Shown one piece after another: positions 62,101 to 64,000 of a stretch of 64,000 nucleotides of DNA. The position numbers were made by a program, and so were the translations under genes. Within the stretch, counting starts at the first letter, position 1. Every line of letters starts with the position of its first letter. Source of the stretch: Bugula neritina (Eukaryota > Animalia > Bryozoa). Under the pieces are notes generated by a model, which saw nothing but the letters and a program-made list of their open reading frames with translations, was not told where the DNA came from and searched no databases. The stretch lies in contig OZ037767.1 of assembly GCA_964035545.1 (NCBI GenBank), positions 18,196,259 through 18,260,258 of the forward strand, given 5' to 3'.

Positions 62101-64000
62101 TGAAGTACACTGCGACGCACTGAAACATACGGCAATATACTGAAATGTACTGCGACACATTGATATATACTGCAACATACTGAAATATGCTGTAGCGTAC
62201 TGAAATTCACTGCAACACACTGAAGTATACTGTAATATACAGAAATGTAATGTAACAAACTGAAACATACGTCAACATACTGAAATGTACTGCAACATAC
62301 TGAAATACACTGTAATATATTGAATTACACTGCAACATACTGCAACATACTGAAATACGCTGTAACATATTGAAATACACTGTAACACATGAAATATACT
62401 GTAACTCATTGAAATATAGTGTAATATACATAAATGTACTGCAACATACTGGAATATACGGCAACATACTGAAATATACTGCGACAGATTGAAATATACT
62501 GCAACATACTGAAATTTAATGCAAGATACTGCAATATACTGAAATACACCGTGAAATACTGAGATACATTGCAACATACTGCAACATACTGCAACATACT
62601 GAAATACACTGTAACATATTGAAATACACTGCAAAACATTGAAATCTACTGCAACATACTGCAACATACTGAAATACGCTGTAAAATACTGAAATACACT
62701 GCAACATACTGAATTATACTGACATACACTGGAACATATTGAAATATACTGCAACAAATTGAAGTATACTGCAACACACTGAAACATACGGCAACCTACT
62801 GAAATATACTGCGACACATTGAAATATACTGCAACATACTGAAATACACTGTATCATACTGAAATAAACTGCAACACACTGAAGTGTACTGTAATATACA
62901 GACATGTACTGTAACAAACTGAAACATACGTCAACATACTAAAATGTACTGCAACATACTGAGATACACTGTACTATACTGAAATATACTGCAACCTACT
63001 GCAACATACTGACATACGCTGTAACATATTGAAATACACTGCAACACATTGAAATATACTCCAACTCACTGAAATATAGTGTAATATACGGAAATGTACT
63101 GTGACATACTGGAATATACTGTAACACAATGAAATATACTTCAACATACTGAAATACGCTGTAACATACTGAAATATACTGCAACCTACTGCAACATACT
63201 GAAATACACTGTAACATACTGAAATACACTGCAACATACTACAACATACTGAAATACACTGTAAAATATTGAAATACACTGCAACACACTGAAATATACT
63301 GCAACATACCGAAATATATGGTGGACTACTGAAAAATACTGTAACACATTGAAAAATACTGCAACATACTGAAATATACTGTAACACACTGAAATATACT
63401 GCAACATACTGAAGTACACTGTAATATACTGAAATACACTGTAACATACTGAAATACACTGCGACATACTACAACATACTGAAATACACTGTAACATATT
63501 GAAATACACTGCAATACACTGAAACATATTGAAATACACTGCAACACACTGAAATATACTGCAACATCCCGAAATAAATGGTAAACTACTGAAATATACT
63601 GTAACACATTGAAAAATACTGCATCATATTGAAATATAGTGTAACACACTGAAATATACTGCAACATACTGAAATACACTGTAACATACTAAAAGATACT
63701 GCAACATAGTGAAATACACTGCTACATACTGAAATATACTGCAACATACTGCAACATACTGAAATACATTGTAACACACTGAAATACGCTGAAACATACT
63801 GCAACATATTGAAATACACTGCAACACATCGAATTATACTGCAACATACCTAAATATACAGTAATATACTGAAATATACTGTAACACATTGAAAAGTACT
63901 GAAACATACTGAAATATACTGAAAGACACTGCTACATACTGAAATATACTGCAAGATACTGCAACATACTGAAATACACTATAACATACTGAAATATACT
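50120..64000 (+). repeat. HOR family of about 4.1 kb with successive periods 4108, 3209 and 3849 bp
   Basis: Family-specific marker aaactggtac at 50801, 54909, 58118 and 61967. Track offsets 50731/54839/58048/61897. Confidence 0.94.

Larger units (their letters stand above)
1..64000 (+). repeat. Tandem satellite/minisatellite array: two alternating 10-bp monomers (CTGAAATAYA / CTGYAACAYA), 20-bp dimer, with variable higher-order repeats; runs off both window edges
   Basis: Every line consists of variants of acatactgaa, atacactgta, atatactgca or acatactgca. An ACTG-like core recurs every 10 bp. No unique or inverted sequence was seen. Confidence 0.99.

Noticed and set aside
423-63907. Hundreds of minus-strand ORFs (61-381 aa) encoding Cys/Tyr/Val/Ser/Gln-rich peptides
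   Set aside because: They overlap in all three frames with the same motif, are direct translations of the 20-bp repeat, and show no recognisable domain. Substitutions show no evident codon-position pattern and length changes follow 10-bp, not 3-bp, steps.
1-64000. CRISPR array
   Set aside because: There are no unique spacers between constant repeats, and no leader or cas genes; the sequence is contiguous tandem monomers.
1-64000. Telomeric or interstitial telomeric repeat
   Set aside because: There is no G-run-rich strand or TTAGGG/TTAGG-like unit, and the degenerate monomers with HORs are unlike telomerase-templated repeats.
1-64000. Assignment as a functional centromere, or presence of a CENP-B box
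   Set aside because: No canonical CENP-B box (TTCG....A..CGGG) was seen by eye, and centromere function cannot be read from sequence without CENP-A data.
1-64000. Transposon insertions, inversions, or TATA-like promoter motifs
   Set aside because: No non-satellite segment or strand switch was seen. TATA-like words are part of the monomer and recur throughout the array.

Overview
The whole 64,000-bp window is one uninterrupted, single-orientation satellite/minisatellite array. I find no credible genes, RNA genes, CRISPR array or mobile element. The array is built from two related 10-bp monomers, A = CTGAAATAYA and B = CTGYAACAYA, which usually alternate (20-bp AB dimer, e.g. ACATACTGAAATAYACTGYA) with occasional extra B units. 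The consensus is about 45% A, 25% T, 20% C and 10% G on the + strand. Structure is nested: 10 bp, then 20 bp, then diverged modules of about 200-300 bp, then near-identical kb-scale duplications whose period changes along the array (3510, 2970, 4280, 1070, 940, 800, 2280, 4610-4780, 3280, 2360, 7460, 4108, 3209, 3849 bp). I count only 15 single-base register shifts, arising from 4 distinct indel events; all other length changes I traced are multiples of 10 bp. The ORF track is entirely minus-strand and is explained by the repeat consensus lacking minus-strand stop codons. The organisation resembles eukaryotic heterochromatic or (peri)centromeric satellite, but neither species nor function can be assigned from the sequence alone. 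The notable content is the array's architecture and its readable duplication history, not a protein-coding system.
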